From: Paraspadella gotoi
Taxonomy: Eukaryota > Animalia > Chaetognatha
Assembly (NCBI GenBank): GCA_051294375.1
Contig: CM119271.1
Coordinates: forward strand, 13,826,372 to 13,890,371
Direction: 5' to 3'
DNA: 64,000 bases
Part shown: positions 44,306-61,741 of the stretch, piece after piece
Layout of the letters: every line of letters begins with the position of its first letter
How positions within the stretch are numbered: position 1 is the stretch's first letter
The notes under the pieces: generated by a model
Databases searched by the model: none
Told to the model about the DNA's origin: nothing
What the model saw: only the letters and a program-made list of their open reading frames with translations
Made by a program: the position numbers and the translations under genes

Positions 44306-45054
44306 CACTCTGGGTTGACACGATTCCGAATATATGAAATATCATTTATAATAAATGATCAATCTCGTTTATGAAAAAGTTGTTCTTTTCATATTGAATT
44401 TATTTAGCCATACAATTACCAACCATTTTTACATGTGATATTTGGCATGATTTCATTCCGCTCGGTAAATAAATTGCTTGGAGTAAATTATTTTTTTAAT
44501 TTTTTTTTATTGTTTCTGTAGGTTGTTTCGGTATTTTAAATAAAACGGAAAATTTACATTCCATTAATTCGTCAATGATATGAGTTGAATGTATGTAGGT
44601 TTTATATTTTTGTGACATTTGTTATTAACGTTAACCGTCTGCCGTTCTCGGCTATTCACACCCGTTGCTGCGTTGGATAACTGTTTGCAGATTGGATCAT
44701 TAATATGATAGTAACAACTAACAAACAAACAAAAAAAAAACGTTTTGGGGTTATCTTTATCACATTTCATTTTACGATGATATGTATCGCGCATCGCGTC
44801 GCTCTTCAAGTTGGCTTTCTCTATTTCTGAAATTGTTTTTGAGAAATTTTTAGTTATACATATATTTTCTCCGTGTTAAATTCTATTTTTATTTTGTTGT
44901 GATTGTAATTCAATTTTTATTGCCTTTTCTCACAATTTTCCTCTCGCAAATTAGGCCTTAGTCCAAATCAAACGAACCAGGATTATGCCTCCTGCCTTTC
45001 CTTTTCCTTCGCCCGAGCGAATGACGTTGAATCCATGAAGCGGCCCGCTCTTCC

Positions 45055-45324
45055 ATGGATGTCCTCAACCACCCCTTGACCTTCGGCGTCGCCGCCGCCG
45101 CCGGGGTCTTCCTCCTCTGGGGCGAGGTCTTGGTCTTCTCCTCGGACAAAGAGACTCGCGCCAAATTGATCCGGTATCAGTTCGTCCTTCTGGTTGAGGC
45201 GATCGTCGTTTTTCTCAATATTCTCGTCTTCAACGTCAGTCAGAGGGTGCCCGCGCTCAGGGGTGAGAAAAAAAATAGTGGAGGGCTGTTATGTTCTGTT
45301 GGTGCAAATAATTTAAACGATTCA

Positions 45325-45380
<56 letters not shown>

Positions 45381-47169
45381 TCTCTCTCTCTCCTCTCTCT
45401 CTCTCTCCTCTCTCTCTTCTCTCTCTCTCCCTAGCTTTTCGCACCAAGCCCCTGGTTTGGATCCGCAACGCGTACGGTGCCTTCTTCATTGTCGTGTGCT
45501 CCTTGGCGCAAATATCGTGGTTGTCGGTGCTGATTCCTCAGCTGACTGAACCGCGTCCTGTCATCTACCTTGCATGGTGCGCCATGGGCGTCGTGCTCCT
45601 TTACGTCTTCTGTTCAACGGTCAATTAGTATAGTTTAATTCGAAAATTTATTATCATTAAAATAATAAAATTATCCACCCATTCCAGACCTTAACCATAA
45701 GTTGGTCGATTTCCCTAAAAACTCTGCCACCCAACCGGCGAATGTCGGAGGCGAGATTCCTCAACTACCGCGCCCTCTTCTCCCTCATCTACGCTGTCGT
45801 TATCGGCGGCATCGCCATCCGTCACGGACTCCAGCTTCCCGTCGTCAAGGAAGTTCCGATCGAAATTAAAGACTTTCCAGAGTCCCTGGATGGTGAGATC
45901 CCGAGGCTTTTTTTTTTGTGGTCGGAGAATGCATGAATATGATTGCAAAGTTTACATAGAAAGCATAATGTTAACATTTTTTTCCCCGACCTCCAGGGTT
46001 CGTGATTGCTCAAATCGCCGACGTTCATCTCGGACCGACCTCGGGTGCGTCGAGACTTCGAAAAGTCGTCGACATCACCAACGAAATAGGCGCGTCACAT
46101 TGAGTTGCTGTTGTTATTGTTGTTGTTGAATTACTGTTTACTCTTTTGTTTTTAGCCTAGTAAAGATAAACTTCCTTTTTATTTCCCCAGAGCCAGACTT
46201 GGTGATTCTGACGGGCGACCTCGTCGACGGCGTCATCGAGGATCTCGCCGTCGCCGTCAAGGAACTCGGTCGACTCCGCGCCAAGCACGGCGTCTTCTTC
46301 GTCACCGGAAACCATGAGTATCTCTCAGGTGAGCAGATGCAAGTGACTGTGGTCGATCATTGCTCACGTGAACAGTTTGACGCGATTTCTAACCCTCCGC
46401 AGGTCACGTGGACGCTCTGATGGCGTTCCTCCTTCGCTACGGCGTCCGATCTCTCCACAACTCGCACGTTAAGATCTGGGGAAACTCATGGAGCGACTAC
46501 TTTTGGCTCCTCGGAGTAGACGACATTTTCGCCGATAGCATTAAGTTAGTTGATAAGAATAATGTTAGATGATTAATAGATTATGATTACCTTTTAATAA
46601 GGATATTTTTTCTGTCCTTCGTTCAGGTACACCGATCATGGGTACAACTTGGCGGCGGCTTTGAAAGGTATCGACGAAGAGCACCCTCGCATACTTATCG
46701 CTCATCAGCCGAAGGCAATTGCTAACGGTCAGTGCAATTTAACACCTTTCGCTTTCTTCATACTCTTATAAATTTGCAATTTTCTATATCAATCCTTTTT
46801 TTTCCTCGCAGCCCTAAAGTCGGGAGCAAGAATCGACTTGGGTTTATGCGCTCACACACACGGGGGTCAATACATTCCCAACAATATCGTCCAGTATATG
46901 TTAAATCCCTATTTCAGGTTTGTATGAAAGAGTAAAAGTTTTGGGGAAGAGTTCCTTCTATTCGATAGACCACTTAGTTGTACTTTGTATGAGCCGGGGT
47001 CCCTATTTTTTTCTTATCCACCAGAGGGCTTTACCGGAACCAAGGACCTCGACACGACGCTCAGGTCTACGTCACCGAAGGGACCCTCTTTTTTGGCTAT
47101 CCCATCAGGCTCGCCTCTTCCATGGAAATCACGAAGATTGTCCTTCAAACTGAAAACTCTTCCCGTTGA
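45055..47169 (+). CDS. TMPPE: Transmembrane metallophosphoesterase, copy 2 (tandem paralog)
   Basis: QIADVHLG, TGDLVDG, VTGNHEY, IAHQP, CAHTHGGQ; largely the same exon structure as copy 1. Confidence 0.88.
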
Positions 47170-47697
47170 TTCTTGGCGGTCCTCGTTCGGTGATTTGTTG
47201 CGGCCGCGTATTGTGTCTTGCCTTGCCGGAGCGTAATCAGTTTTTGATCTTTCAGATATTTTGTTGTCATTATTGTTAGATGGTAACACGAACTAAGAAA
47301 GATGAACTCAATTGCCGAATAAAATCGTCTAACAATCGAAAGTCGTGCTTCAGTTAAAATAAAATAGTCTAGGATGTTGGAGTCTGTGATTGGAGTCTGC
47401 TTCGACCATATGAATGAAGATTTTGGTTAGACGTTTTTTTCTTTGGAAGGTAAGATCTTAATATTTGCAATTTTGTGGTATCGTTAACCGCAACTTGAAC
47501 AAAATTTAACTTTTGTTAGAAAATGTGAAGTTGCCTCTTCGGTTACTTAAATAATAAGCCCGTTTTCCACCGTCGAACCCGTTCCGTTCGTGAATACCCC
47601 GCGTATCAAATAGGACGAAAGAAATTGTTAATATTTTTCGCCAATAGCAAATTCGATTTTTCGCTCGATTTCGGGTTTTTTTTTCTCTCCTTCGAAA

Positions 47698-50003
47698 ATG
47701 GCGTCAACAGTAGCCCAGAAAGAGATCGGGCGACCGAAGCCGCCGACTGAAAAGTATTGTTTCTATGACTCATAATTTTTGTCGAAAACGACGGCTACGC
47801 TTTCGATTATTCGGTCAGATGTCTGGACGAGTTAAGGACGGCGACGAACCCGGAATCTTACGTCGTCCACATGAAGAAAGTCCGATTCCCCGACGATCCG
47901 GACGAATACGGGCGCCCCGTCCCGCCGCTGACGTGCAACCTAATTGACAAGGAAAAGTTCGTCAAGTCCTTACCGTTCGGGGGTTGCATGCCGAAGTCAG
48001 GTTGATCCGAGTTTGGGACACTTAAATTGCTGAGGAGATATTAGATTAACAAGGGAAAGGTGAGTTTAGGATTCAAGGAAACCCTATGGATTTGTTTTTT
48101 AAGGTTGTGATCCGATCATCACGGACGCAAATACAAAGGACTTCAAAGACCCGGGGTTGGCGCTGAAAGACACGATGGTCAGAATTATAGGCTCGAAGTT
48201 ATCAATATTACTTTAAGACACTTTGTCAATGTTCCTTCGCGATTAGTAGACCCGCGCGGATTTCGCCAACAAAAAGGCGATCACCAACTATGAGAGCGTT
48301 GACAAAAAGGTTTCGCAGCGCCAGTGGGACATCCAATTTTGGTAATGGGTCTGTCCATGATAGCGATGAATTTTGTACTCGAAATTTCTATACTGGCTTC
48401 GTCCCCTTTCCAAGGTTTGACGAAGCAAGACACGAGACTGACGAAATGGCGAAGGAAGTCAACAGTTTGTACGAGGTTTTGTTGTTAGTTTGTGAGTTAT
48501 TCAACCGATAAAGTATATGAAACGATAACGGAACCTCGCGCGAATCCCAGATGAAGCGACTTTTGGCCAAAACACTGAGAGAGAGCGACTTGTCCCTGGA
48601 GACGTCGCTAAAGTGCATCGAGTGGCGGGATCGTCGCTACGACACCGACTGCGACCTGGACGAGATTCAGAAGGAACTCTACAAGGAGGTGGAAATGATT
48701 CGCTGCCAACAGGAGAGGATGAGGGACACCCTGGAGCGGGCCGAGAGGTCGAACGATGACGAGATTGAAAGATATCAAAACTTTTATTTACGAGAGACGT
48801 CGAACTCAAAAACGCAGGATCTGCAAAACGACTCAGGCCGCCCTGGAGAAGGACAAGTTTAACAAGTTTCAAACTCTGCAAATCGAGAATTTGTGCGCGA
48901 CGACAAGAGCCACGTCCGGAGGGCTCAAGCTTTTTCCAGGGATCGAAACCAAGGATCCGACGTGAGAGTTTTTAACGTTTGACCAAAAAATATTTTAGTT
49001 TCTTCCCTTTTTTTTTTTGGTAAAACCTTTATCCGGCACGTTTTAGCGTCTCGGTGCCGGAAACTTGGGGTCAGGCGTCCAAAGACTCGATTCGCATATC
49101 GCAAGAAGAGAGATTGAAATCCTCCAACATGAGGGCGGAAATACAGAATCTGGTCAACAATACCAGGAATGGGATCTTCTCGTCCAGAGACAAGATCAAC
49201 GAGATGTTGAAGGAAAATAAAAAGTTAGAATCTTTAGAATCGAGAGAGATGGTGATCGATTTTATTATCGGAAACAGGATTTGATGACGAAGCGACGTCA
49301 AGATCTTCATAAATTCGAAGAGTCGCTCGCAACGGTGGGAGTTTTTGGGGTCTTATAGTCTTTTATCTGAGTCTAGGGGAAAGAGAGTTAATATACGATT
49401 TTCGGTCAATAACCTCAGAACCTACAACAAGCCTTCAACTTGGAGCAACTGCAAGAGTACATCAAGAAATCGATCGCCGACAAAATTCCACAAAAGATGG
49501 TGGTGCAATCGCGAATCCACGCGCGCAACCAACGGCCAGACTTCGAGAACTGTCGAGACGCCGCCCAGCAACGTCTGCTCGCCGGCTCGGGGGATTTCGA
49601 CAAAACCATGGCCGAGTTGACGGATACGCTGAGAGACGTAGAGCTGAAGTTGCGCCAAGTGAAGGTGGATACGCCAGTTTTATGTATATAATATTTTGTT
49701 TGTATAACTATAGTGAATATTACGCCAGACAAAAATTAAAATAGGAGCAACAACGGGACTTGACTAGTAAAATTGCGATGACGCGCAAATCGATTTACCT
49801 CGAGGAAGATTCATGTTTGAGGTGTGTTACCTTCGTTGTTTGCTCGTTTTCTAATTTGACAATTCGAATGTTGATGCAATTCTAAGGAGAAGTTTGGTTT
49901 TATAAAACAGTACTTGGGCTAAGGTTTAGCTTTTCATTCTGATGTGTTTATTTTTAGGACCAGAGAAAACATGGTCATGGCGCCAAGAAAGCCAACCTAC
50001 TGA
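47698..50003 (+). CDS. Tektin (divergent, tektin-3/5-like)
   Basis: WDIQFW; ELYKEVEMIRCQQERMR; ALEKDKFNK; SVPETW; signature RPDFENCRD (canonical RPNVELCRD); KSIYLEEDSCL. Confidence 0.85.
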
Positions 50004-50641
50004 AACTGGAGCGAATGAAGAAATAGAAATATTATAGAACATAATTATTACAGCATATTTAGATTCTGGGATTACGGAGATGGTGAATAAATTAGTTATA
50101 ATTACCGTAAGAGCTTAAGGCTACATTTTTTTTAGGATGGGACTGAATATAAACTAGAAACGATCTTGGTGATGTATGGAAACATTCTAGATATTGATGG
50201 TAGTTTATATTTGAGGCATTAATTACTATTTTTTTTATGCTAACTAAGCTACAAATGCAATTAAAGAATCACGATTTTTTATTTTTGTGGAATAACTGGC
50301 TTAATAAAGCTCTTCGAACATTTTTTGTTTGTTTTTATTGTGATTGGTATTAATATATAGGATATTTAAAAACGCTGTGTATTGGCCGTCACTGCGTTGT
50401 CCTCTGAGCTTTATAATTTTATTAATATTAGGTTAAGCTATGTAATTAATAAAATTATGTCAGTAACTGTACCTGTAACTTACTTGCTCTAGGCGACCAG
50501 ACTCAGAATTTTGATATTTGAACAAAAGCCTTTATTATAACATTAATATAAGCGCAAGGACAATATTATTGAATAATTTGTGCAATGAATTAACATAAAA
50601 GATAAAAACAAGCCGCGCGGTTCTTACTCTCGCCCCAAATA

Positions 50642-53611
50642 TCAGGCGGATGAATCTTTGACCGCGCGACCGACTGGACTTCCTTTGCGTCGCGTGTTGG
50701 GCGACGTCGTCGTCGCCTCTCGCGACACAAAAGAAGTCATTTCCGGTTTCTCGGCGTCGGCGCCGACTCCCGCTTTTCGTGCGAAGGACAACGGCGCTGT
50801 GTGACCGGCGCCGCAGTCGCCAATGGCCGACTTTTTGACGATTTCCAACATTCCCTTGAGCCACTCGTTCTCGCCCTCGAGAGCGCGGACGCGGTGTTGC
50901 GTTGCTGCCGCTTGGGCCTTTTGTCGGGCCAACTCTTCCTCGGCCTTTTTGGGGGTGGGGGAGAAATGTGACGTCCTTTCCCTTCCTTATGTTCATTATT
51001 CATTTCCATCTTATTCCACTCACCATCTCCAATTTTCTTTGGGCTTCTGTTGACTTTCCGTCGATCGCTCGATCTCTGGTTTCTCTCGACTCCAACTGCG
51101 TCTTCAGCTGCTGAGCCGTCGACGCCCATCGCTCAGCCTCCGACGATCTCTTGGACGCCAACGTTTGGTTGGCCTTCATTTGCTTTATAAAAACAAAAGT
51201 ATCATTATTTTAATTAACTGATTTGGTATTCTCGTCATTTTAATAATTTACTTCTCTGGCTTTCTGTAGCTCAGCCGCAAACTCTTCCTTCCTATTGTTG
51301 ATTCCCCGCAATAGATTCTCGGCGTCCTCGCGCGCTCGCCTTTCTTTCGTCGCCGTTTCCGTCGTCCTCGTTAACTTTTTCTTGAGCAGGCTAATCCGAT
51401 CGTCCTTATCCTTGACCGAGTTTTGCAGGCTCGCGTGTTCGACCCTTATATTCGTCAGCAACTTTTGCGTTTCCTCGAATTGAGTCTTGACGTTTTCGTT
51501 TTTCAGCTGCGGGTGGCGAATGGCATACGTTACGCGTGAGATTACCATATGATAACAATATCTCCATCTCGCGTCTCACTCACCAATAGTGATGTTTTCT
51601 CGGCACTGAGAACATCGATGCGTTTATACAAATCGTTCAATTGATCCTTCAAGTCGCCCTTGACTGTCTGCTTCTTCTTTTGAAGATTGGAACACATGGA
51701 TTCTATGGTGGCCAGTTGTTGACGCAAGGCCTGTCCAAAAATTGTAACGTCGATTGATAATCTTACTTAATTGTCCATGAAATTTGAACAAGGCATGCTT
51801 AGAACTTTTTAAGTTTGGTAAACATACCTCGTGAATCGCGTGCATCTGCGCGCATTGCTGCTCCAGCTTTTGATTTTGATCCAATAATTTCTGCTTCTCT
51901 TCCGTTTCCGTGGTGGCTTTTTCTTCCAGAAAGGCGATCTTTAGGTAGAAGAACGTAGATTTGCAGAAAAAAATGGAGAATAAAATTGCTACTAACCTTG
52001 TGAGCGAAGTCGACTTGTTCTGCCCTCGTCGTATTCAACTCTTCGTCCATCATCGCTTTCGTCTTTTCCAGTCGTTTCCAATTCGATTCGGCCTCCTTCA
52101 ATTTGCAAAGAATGATGCAGAGTAACTCATGGGTGGGAAAAATGAAATATTCAATGTTTATATTCATACGTATGTAAAATTTCATACTGTTACGAGTTAG
52201 TTCATGAGTTGGGAATGCTCAATGCAGACCGAGTGGATTTTTTGAAGTCAACTGCGGATTTACGATTTTCACGTGATTTCGTGGCTGTTAGTTGTATCTT
52301 GTAAAAGTAAATCTTTCGCGGTGTAAGATATTTTATATATATATATCTCGGTGACTTGTGCCATTTTTTATTACTTTGTTACCTTGAAGTCGGCTGTGGT
52401 ATCCTTAAAGTTAATACATTTATTACGTGAATAACTTTAATTCGTTGAAAAAAGCTTTTTTTAATCACCATCCCTCTCATCCAATTTCGGTCAACCTATC
52501 TCTTTGAAAAGAAGCCAAAACTTTTGCCGCCACTCGCCTGAAGTTTGACGACGATGCTTTCGCTTGTCTTTTGAGTAGAACCGAGGGACTCCTGCAACGC
52601 GCCGTGGTCCCTCGTCATCTGCTCAAGGGATCCACGGGATTCTTGGAGAAGCCTCGTCGTGGACTCCAGTTCCGATCGAAGACTGAGAAAGAGATTAAGA
52701 CATTTCTCTCGCTCTTGTTAACGAGGGTGCTACGAAAACAAATTCCAATACGAGGTGCCATCAGTTGGTAAGAAAATATATTTCGCTCACTCACTCGTCG
52801 CATCCTGAAGATAGCGATCCCTCCTTTTGCCTCAAGGCCGCGATCTCCGCCTCCTTGTCGATGAGCCTCTTCTCCAACTCCCCCTTTTCCCTCTGAAGCT
52901 CTTTCGCTCTTTCGCTCCACCTCTCGGCGGCGACGCGGTGCTGGGGATTTTCGGCCGCGAGGCGGTGCTGTAGATTTTCGGTAGTCTCTGGAACGAGGCG
53001 TCGCTCCTCACGCTTTTCCTCCACTTTTCGTTCCATCTCTTTCTTCTCCTGCTCTTTTCTTTCCTTATCCTTTTCTTTCCTCTCCTTTTCCTCCATCTCC
53101 CTTTCCTCCTTCTCCCTCGCCGGTTCGATCCTCAAACGCCGCAAAAGAATTTCCCTAAGTTCGTCGCGGGCGGAGTGTTCGCCGCTGCTGGAGCGACGCT
53201 CCAACGCTTCGTCGAAGGCGTTGACGGAGGCGCCGGAGCGAGGGCTCGTCCGGTCTCGCCGACCCCGACGACCCGATCTCATCTTTCGGCGAAGGTCTTC
53301 GATCTTCTCTTGGGCCGAGAGGAATTTGTGGGAGAGAGCTTGGTTTTTGGCCTCCAAGTCTAAGAAAAAGTATTAAGTAAGCACTGTTCATTAAATTATT
53401 TGTACAAATCTTAATTCCATTATTACTTTTTTTTTCTATTGTCTTTTTCTATTTTTGTTTTTTCGCCCATTTTTTTTTCTTTCCTTTTTTCTTTCTTTCC
53501 TTTATACTTTCTTTGTTTTCTTTATTTTTTCTCTCTCCATATCAAACCTGCATTATTAAATTCCAACTGACGAACGAGAAAGTCTTGATCTCTCTTACTC
53601 GTTCGCTCCAT
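50642..53611 (-). CDS. Uncharacterised coiled-coil protein (multi-exon)
   Basis: Series of minus-strand E/K/R-rich heptad ORFs bounded by GT-AG sites; start position uncertain. Confidence 0.6.
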
Positions 53612-54414
53612 GAGAGGCTGAACGAAATTATCGCAAAGATCGAGATTGGCCGTAAAAATTGTGCTTCTGTTTTCATGAGTTGAACATTGACATTGTTCCG
53701 AATTCATTTAAACTACCGTAACCGATCTGTAAGCATTAGCATCATGATCGCGTGTGCATCCCATAGCTCCGAAGCTTGGGTCCGCAAAATTCTATCTCCG
53801 TCGAATCTGCCCATGCGAAGTGCATGACGTTCGCCTTTCTCTATTCCGTCACGCAAACTCTTAATGGTCGATGGTCTTGTGTTTTCGGATCTTTACCTGA
53901 CACGAAGCCGATGATATCCGCCATCTAGAGTGTCTTTTCTATTTTCGAAAAAGAAAATGGCAAAATATTAAATACTATGTTAATATTATTAATATTACTA
54001 TTATTAGTTAATTAATAATATAATAATTTATAATATTATAATAATATTATATATATTAACTTATTATATATATTAAACCACCATAGCCTGTCCAAAGTCA
54101 GGGGCAAGATAGCTTATTTATTAAATGAATGGATAATTTTTATATTGGTTGTACCAATTTCATAATATAATGATAATAATTAATAATAATTATTAATAAT
54201 GTTTACTTCAATATTAATAAGATTTTTTTAAAAAGTTCTGTATCCTCTAATTTACGTGGATTTGTCCGATAAAGGAACATTTTTATTTTATTCTCCCGCA
54301 GACATCATCTCTTTAAAACGCGCGTCGTATCGACACTCGAAAATCTCCTCGTCCAAATCGACGTCAGCCTCGTTAATTTATTATAATTTATAAAACAACG
54401 AAAAAACTCTTCCC

Positions 54415-55304
54415 ATGACCCCGTCGACTCTTTTCTTCTTGAAGCGCCTCGTCCGCGACATGAGGCAGTGCGTTCTCGAGGAAGACCTGAACCGCTTGAA
54501 GCGTCTCGTCCGCAGACTAGAGAGACGAATCGAAGAGGACGAAGCGACGATAGAGACGAGCGACGATGATTCGGCGGCGATCGAAGAGTCGACGAGGGAC
54601 TTGGAGAGGATCAAAGATGATGATGATGATGATCTTGACTCCTCGCTCTCCCCCACAGACGGTAATACCAAAGAAGACTCGTCATTCTTTCTCCCTCCCG
54701 AGTTGCTCGTCAACGATCGCCCCGAAAGGGAATCTCTCAAACGATGCGACGATTGCGGCAGGAGCTTCAACAAGCCTTCTCAGTTGAAGCAGCACGTCTT
54801 CATCAAGCATCGTGGCGGGGCTCTCGCCAAGCAGGTCTGCCCTCGATGCGGACGCGCCTTCGAGGCCAAGTACCTCGTCGCTCACATCGCCGCCGTCCAC
54901 GAGGGGCGCCGATTTTCTTGCGACGCCTGCGACAAGTCCTTCGCCACTCGCAGCGTTCTCAACAAGCACCGCCGCGCCGTCCACGCGGGAAGACGCTTCA
55001 GCTGCAGGGAGTGCCCCAAGTCGTTCGTCAGCAAGTGGGGATTGGAGGTGCATTTCGGGAGGGATCACGAGAAGAGGAGTTTCGCCTGTGATTTGTGCCA
55101 GAGGTAAATGAAATGGGGATATTAATTTTGTTTAATGTTTCAAAATTAATCAATACATTGTTATCATTGATAAATTTGTATTGGGTGCAGCATCCTTAAA
55201 ACAGAAACGCTGCTCAAGCGTCACAAGAAGACGGTTCACGAAAAGATTAGATTCGCTTGTCAAACCTGTTCCGCTTCCTTCACTCAAAAATCGCAACTCA
55301 AGTA

Positions 55305-55340
<36 letters not shown>

Positions 55341-55684
55341 GTGATTTTCTATGTGCTTTTAATTCATTGATTGAGAGAAATAAACATTAAACCTTCTTCC
55401 CTTTTACTTCTCCCTTTCTTCAGCTATCACTCCCGCTTAAAGCACGGCGATGCTGGTTCCCGCTTTGCCTGCGACAAATGTAACAAGGTGATTTTGTTTA
55501 GTTAACAAACATTATTATTATTATTATTCCACTATTTATGTCAATATTTTCGGGCAATGTTTAGGTGTTCGTGATTCCGTGGAAGATGCGTCGTCACGAA
55601 GCGAAATGCGCGTCGGCGTCGACGGAGACCGGATACGCGGAGATCGCCGCCTCGCTCGCCGAGACCAATCAGTTGCCGGACTGA
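54415..55684 (+). CDS. C2H2 zinc-finger protein with a short N-terminal coiled coil
   Basis: CDDCGRSFNKPSQLKQHVFIKH, CDACDKSF..HRRAVH, CRECPKSF.., plus further fingers in three small exons. Confidence 0.88.
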
Positions 55685-55970
55685 AATTACCAAATCTCAT
55701 CTCATTTTTTTCATCTTTTTATCGTTATAATATTCTTTATTTATGTTTTCGGATGTATTTTTACATTACTCTTTTGTTTGTTTTCTTTTTTTTAATTTGC
55801 AGTGTTTTCGTTATGAGTTTCAAGTTATCTCGATGGTAAAAAAAAAAAACACAACAAAAACCTAATTAGTTCATAGATCAAAGAAAAAAACAATTGTAGG
55901 ACATTTTTAGAAACGAACAAAAAAAACAAACAAAGAAATAGAAACAAAGGCAAAAAAAAAAAATAATACT

Positions 55971-57367
55971 ATGGAAACTAATACGATGGAAAACTTCAAG
56001 TGGATCCTGAAAAACGGAGACATCGACGAAGTGAAACAATTCGTCGAGGAAAACAAAGTCGACGTCAATCAGGTAAGATTGACCACAAAGGAGACCACAA
56101 GGAGACGACAGAGAGTCCACACCACGACTTTAATTTCGTTTGTGCGAAAACTGTATCTAATATCTTGTGGATTTTATGGCGACGTGTCTTTTGATGCGTT
56201 CTTGTAATGTCTTGGTGGTGATGATCTCCGATACTAAAGCGCGATTCATACTAACCCCTTTTAGCGATAAAGATGCTGCAGATAGTCATGCAAATCTTCG
56301 TCAAATCCTCGATGTGTTTTGATTTAAGAGGATTTTGTCTTCCCAGGACGTCGACGGACGCCGCCCGCTCCACTACGCGTCCGACTTCGGTCACGTTAAA
56401 GTCGTTGAGTTCCTTTTGTCCAAAGGCGCGGAGACGAACGTCACCGACAAACACGACCTCACGCCGCTCCTCGCCGCCATCTACGAAGGTTGTTTAATAA
56501 TATTAAATTAATAATATTAATAATATTGATAGCTAAATAAACTTTTTAATTCATGAATGAAATTGGATAAATGTCCTTTTAAACTCTCACGCAACTTTAG
56601 GAAGTAAAAATTAAAAGACAAAAAAATTGAGATTGATCGGATTAAACTATAAACGGGTGGAAATTTGGGAATAACTTTAAATTTCTTCTCGATATTTCGA
56701 GTTGAAGATTAAGCTTAATTAATTAATTAATTAAAGGACAGAAGAAAAAAATATATGTATTCGAAAGTCAGCTGGAATGAAAAAAAAATATTAAACGGGT
56801 GACGGAACTGCGACGAAATATTCGCTCATTCCTTAAAGATAAATGGTAATTGGATTAAACCGATTTATTAAACGAAGAATCACTGACGAAACTATTTCGG
56901 GCGATTGCGTCAGCTGCGCGCGGAATTAACTTGGAATCTGAAAGAACGAAAAGAGAAAAGAAAACGTGTTTTTTGTCATTCGTTAGCTATTATCGTTCGG
57001 GATTTTTGTCGAGAAAAATGTTTTTTTTTATCAGCGTGCAGGGCGATCGGTTATTTCAGGTTTTTAACGAAAAAAAAAAAAGCTTTTTATTTCAGACTGA
57101 ATTAATTAACTAAAAGCATTGGGATTGAATCAACATTTTTGAAATAATTTGAATTTGGTATATAACTACAAAACAATTTTTTCAAAAATAAAATTACATC
57201 GAGTTTAAATTAAATCGGTCGACCTCTGAATTTCGTCTCCAACAGGCCACACCGAGGTGGTCGGCCTCATGCTCCGAAACGGCGCCGACAAAAACCTGCG
57301 GGCGCCGGACGGCGCCTCTTACCGCGACGCCGCCGAAAAGGAGGAGATCAAATCGTTGCTCGCGTGA
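55971..57367 (+). CDS. MTPN: Myotrophin (V-1) ankyrin protein, 3 exons
   Basis: FKWILKNGDIDEVK; GRRPLHYASDFGH; DKHDLTPLLAAIYEGHT; GADKNLRAPDG; IKSLLA*. Confidence 0.95.
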
Positions 57368-58765
57368 AGTGAGGCGCCAATTTCCGTTGCCATGACGATC
57401 GAAAAGGTGTGAGACCAAGTCGTGAGAATAAAAAACAGACTCAGAAGAGAGAGAAAAAGACTTGACGCGATTTTTGGCTAATGAAATAATTGGTTTTACT
57501 TACTTGGCAATCAGCGCCGAAAATAATATATATTGATTAGTAATTTTTTTTTTTTTTTTTTTTCTTATCCTTTTTGGTGATGGTTGCCTGTCAGAAAAAT
57601 AAAACTTAGACCGAATTAAACATTTTAAAAGCGGTTTCGATTTGATTTTTTGGCCAAAGATAGACTTCGGACTTTGGACCATTTTTTTCTTTGTAATATT
57701 TTTTCTTACTTTTTTGACGTTTTTGCTCAAAATTTAATTGTTTCGCTTGTCTCTATGTGATATACTTTCCTGTAATAAAAGGTGTAATTTGTTTTCTTTC
57801 TAAACTAAGCATACGCTTCTTTCAAAGTTGTACAATGAAGTCCTCCTTAATTATTAATTAACCATATTATTTTCCTTTGAGTTTAATATAAATGTTAATT
57901 TTCTTCGCTTCACTCGCTATTAATTCAGCCGAATTTAAATGAGATAATATTTTCTTTAAATTAAGTGTTGAGTTATACTTCCGACGTCATCCAAATACGA
58001 TAAATTTAGTCGCTTCTAGAATGTTACATAATTTTTACAACAAACTAATTGTGTTTTGAAAATTAATCATTGCAAAAAGAAACGGACTAGGATACTATCA
58101 TTTTCATTATCCCCGTCCGTCTCATTTTTCCGGAATGCATATCTCTTCCTTTCTCCTTAATCAATCCAAATTTATTGCCGTTATTTGAAAAAAGCGCTTT
58201 TTTTGTGACAAAAATTTTTGCGTGATCATTCCAACTTTCCCATGGACCCTCTCCTACTATCGGAGGGAAGGGGGAGAAACTGTGACCCGTGCCCTGTCAA
58301 ATTTCTTCAATCGTGAATTCCGTGCCTTCTCTCTTTTACGTCCCGGCTATATAGGGGGGTGTATATTTTTCGGTTTAATAAACAAAAATTATTTACGATT
58401 TTAATTATGGAATCAAACGCTTTTACGAAGTCAGGGGGGGGATTCGTGATCTCAGAAAAACGTACAATCCCGTAAATTTCTTTTAATAAACCAAACTTTA
58501 ATTTTTTTCTGTTTCATGGTTTCGTTGCAATATTGTTACTTCAACTTTTTTTTTTTTTGGTCTTCCCTCGGACAAAATATTTTTATTCCAAAATATTGAA
58601 TTTAAAAATTCATTTTGCTTTTTACTTTTTATAAAAAGCTTGATTTTTTTTTATTCGCCTAATTTTTCTTTTCCAATTCCTTCAGACTATTTAAGAGTTT
58701 TAGATTTAACTGAAAAATCCAGTCTCAAAAACTTTTGGACCTTCGTGACAATTTTTTTTATAAAA

Positions 58766-61741
<2,976 letters not shown>

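Noticed and set aside
45325-45430. (CT)n/(GA)n tracts here and at ~29990, ~34675, ~38932 and ~55308
   Set aside because: Ordinary microsatellites, mostly intronic; the SLSL ORFs they produce are artefacts
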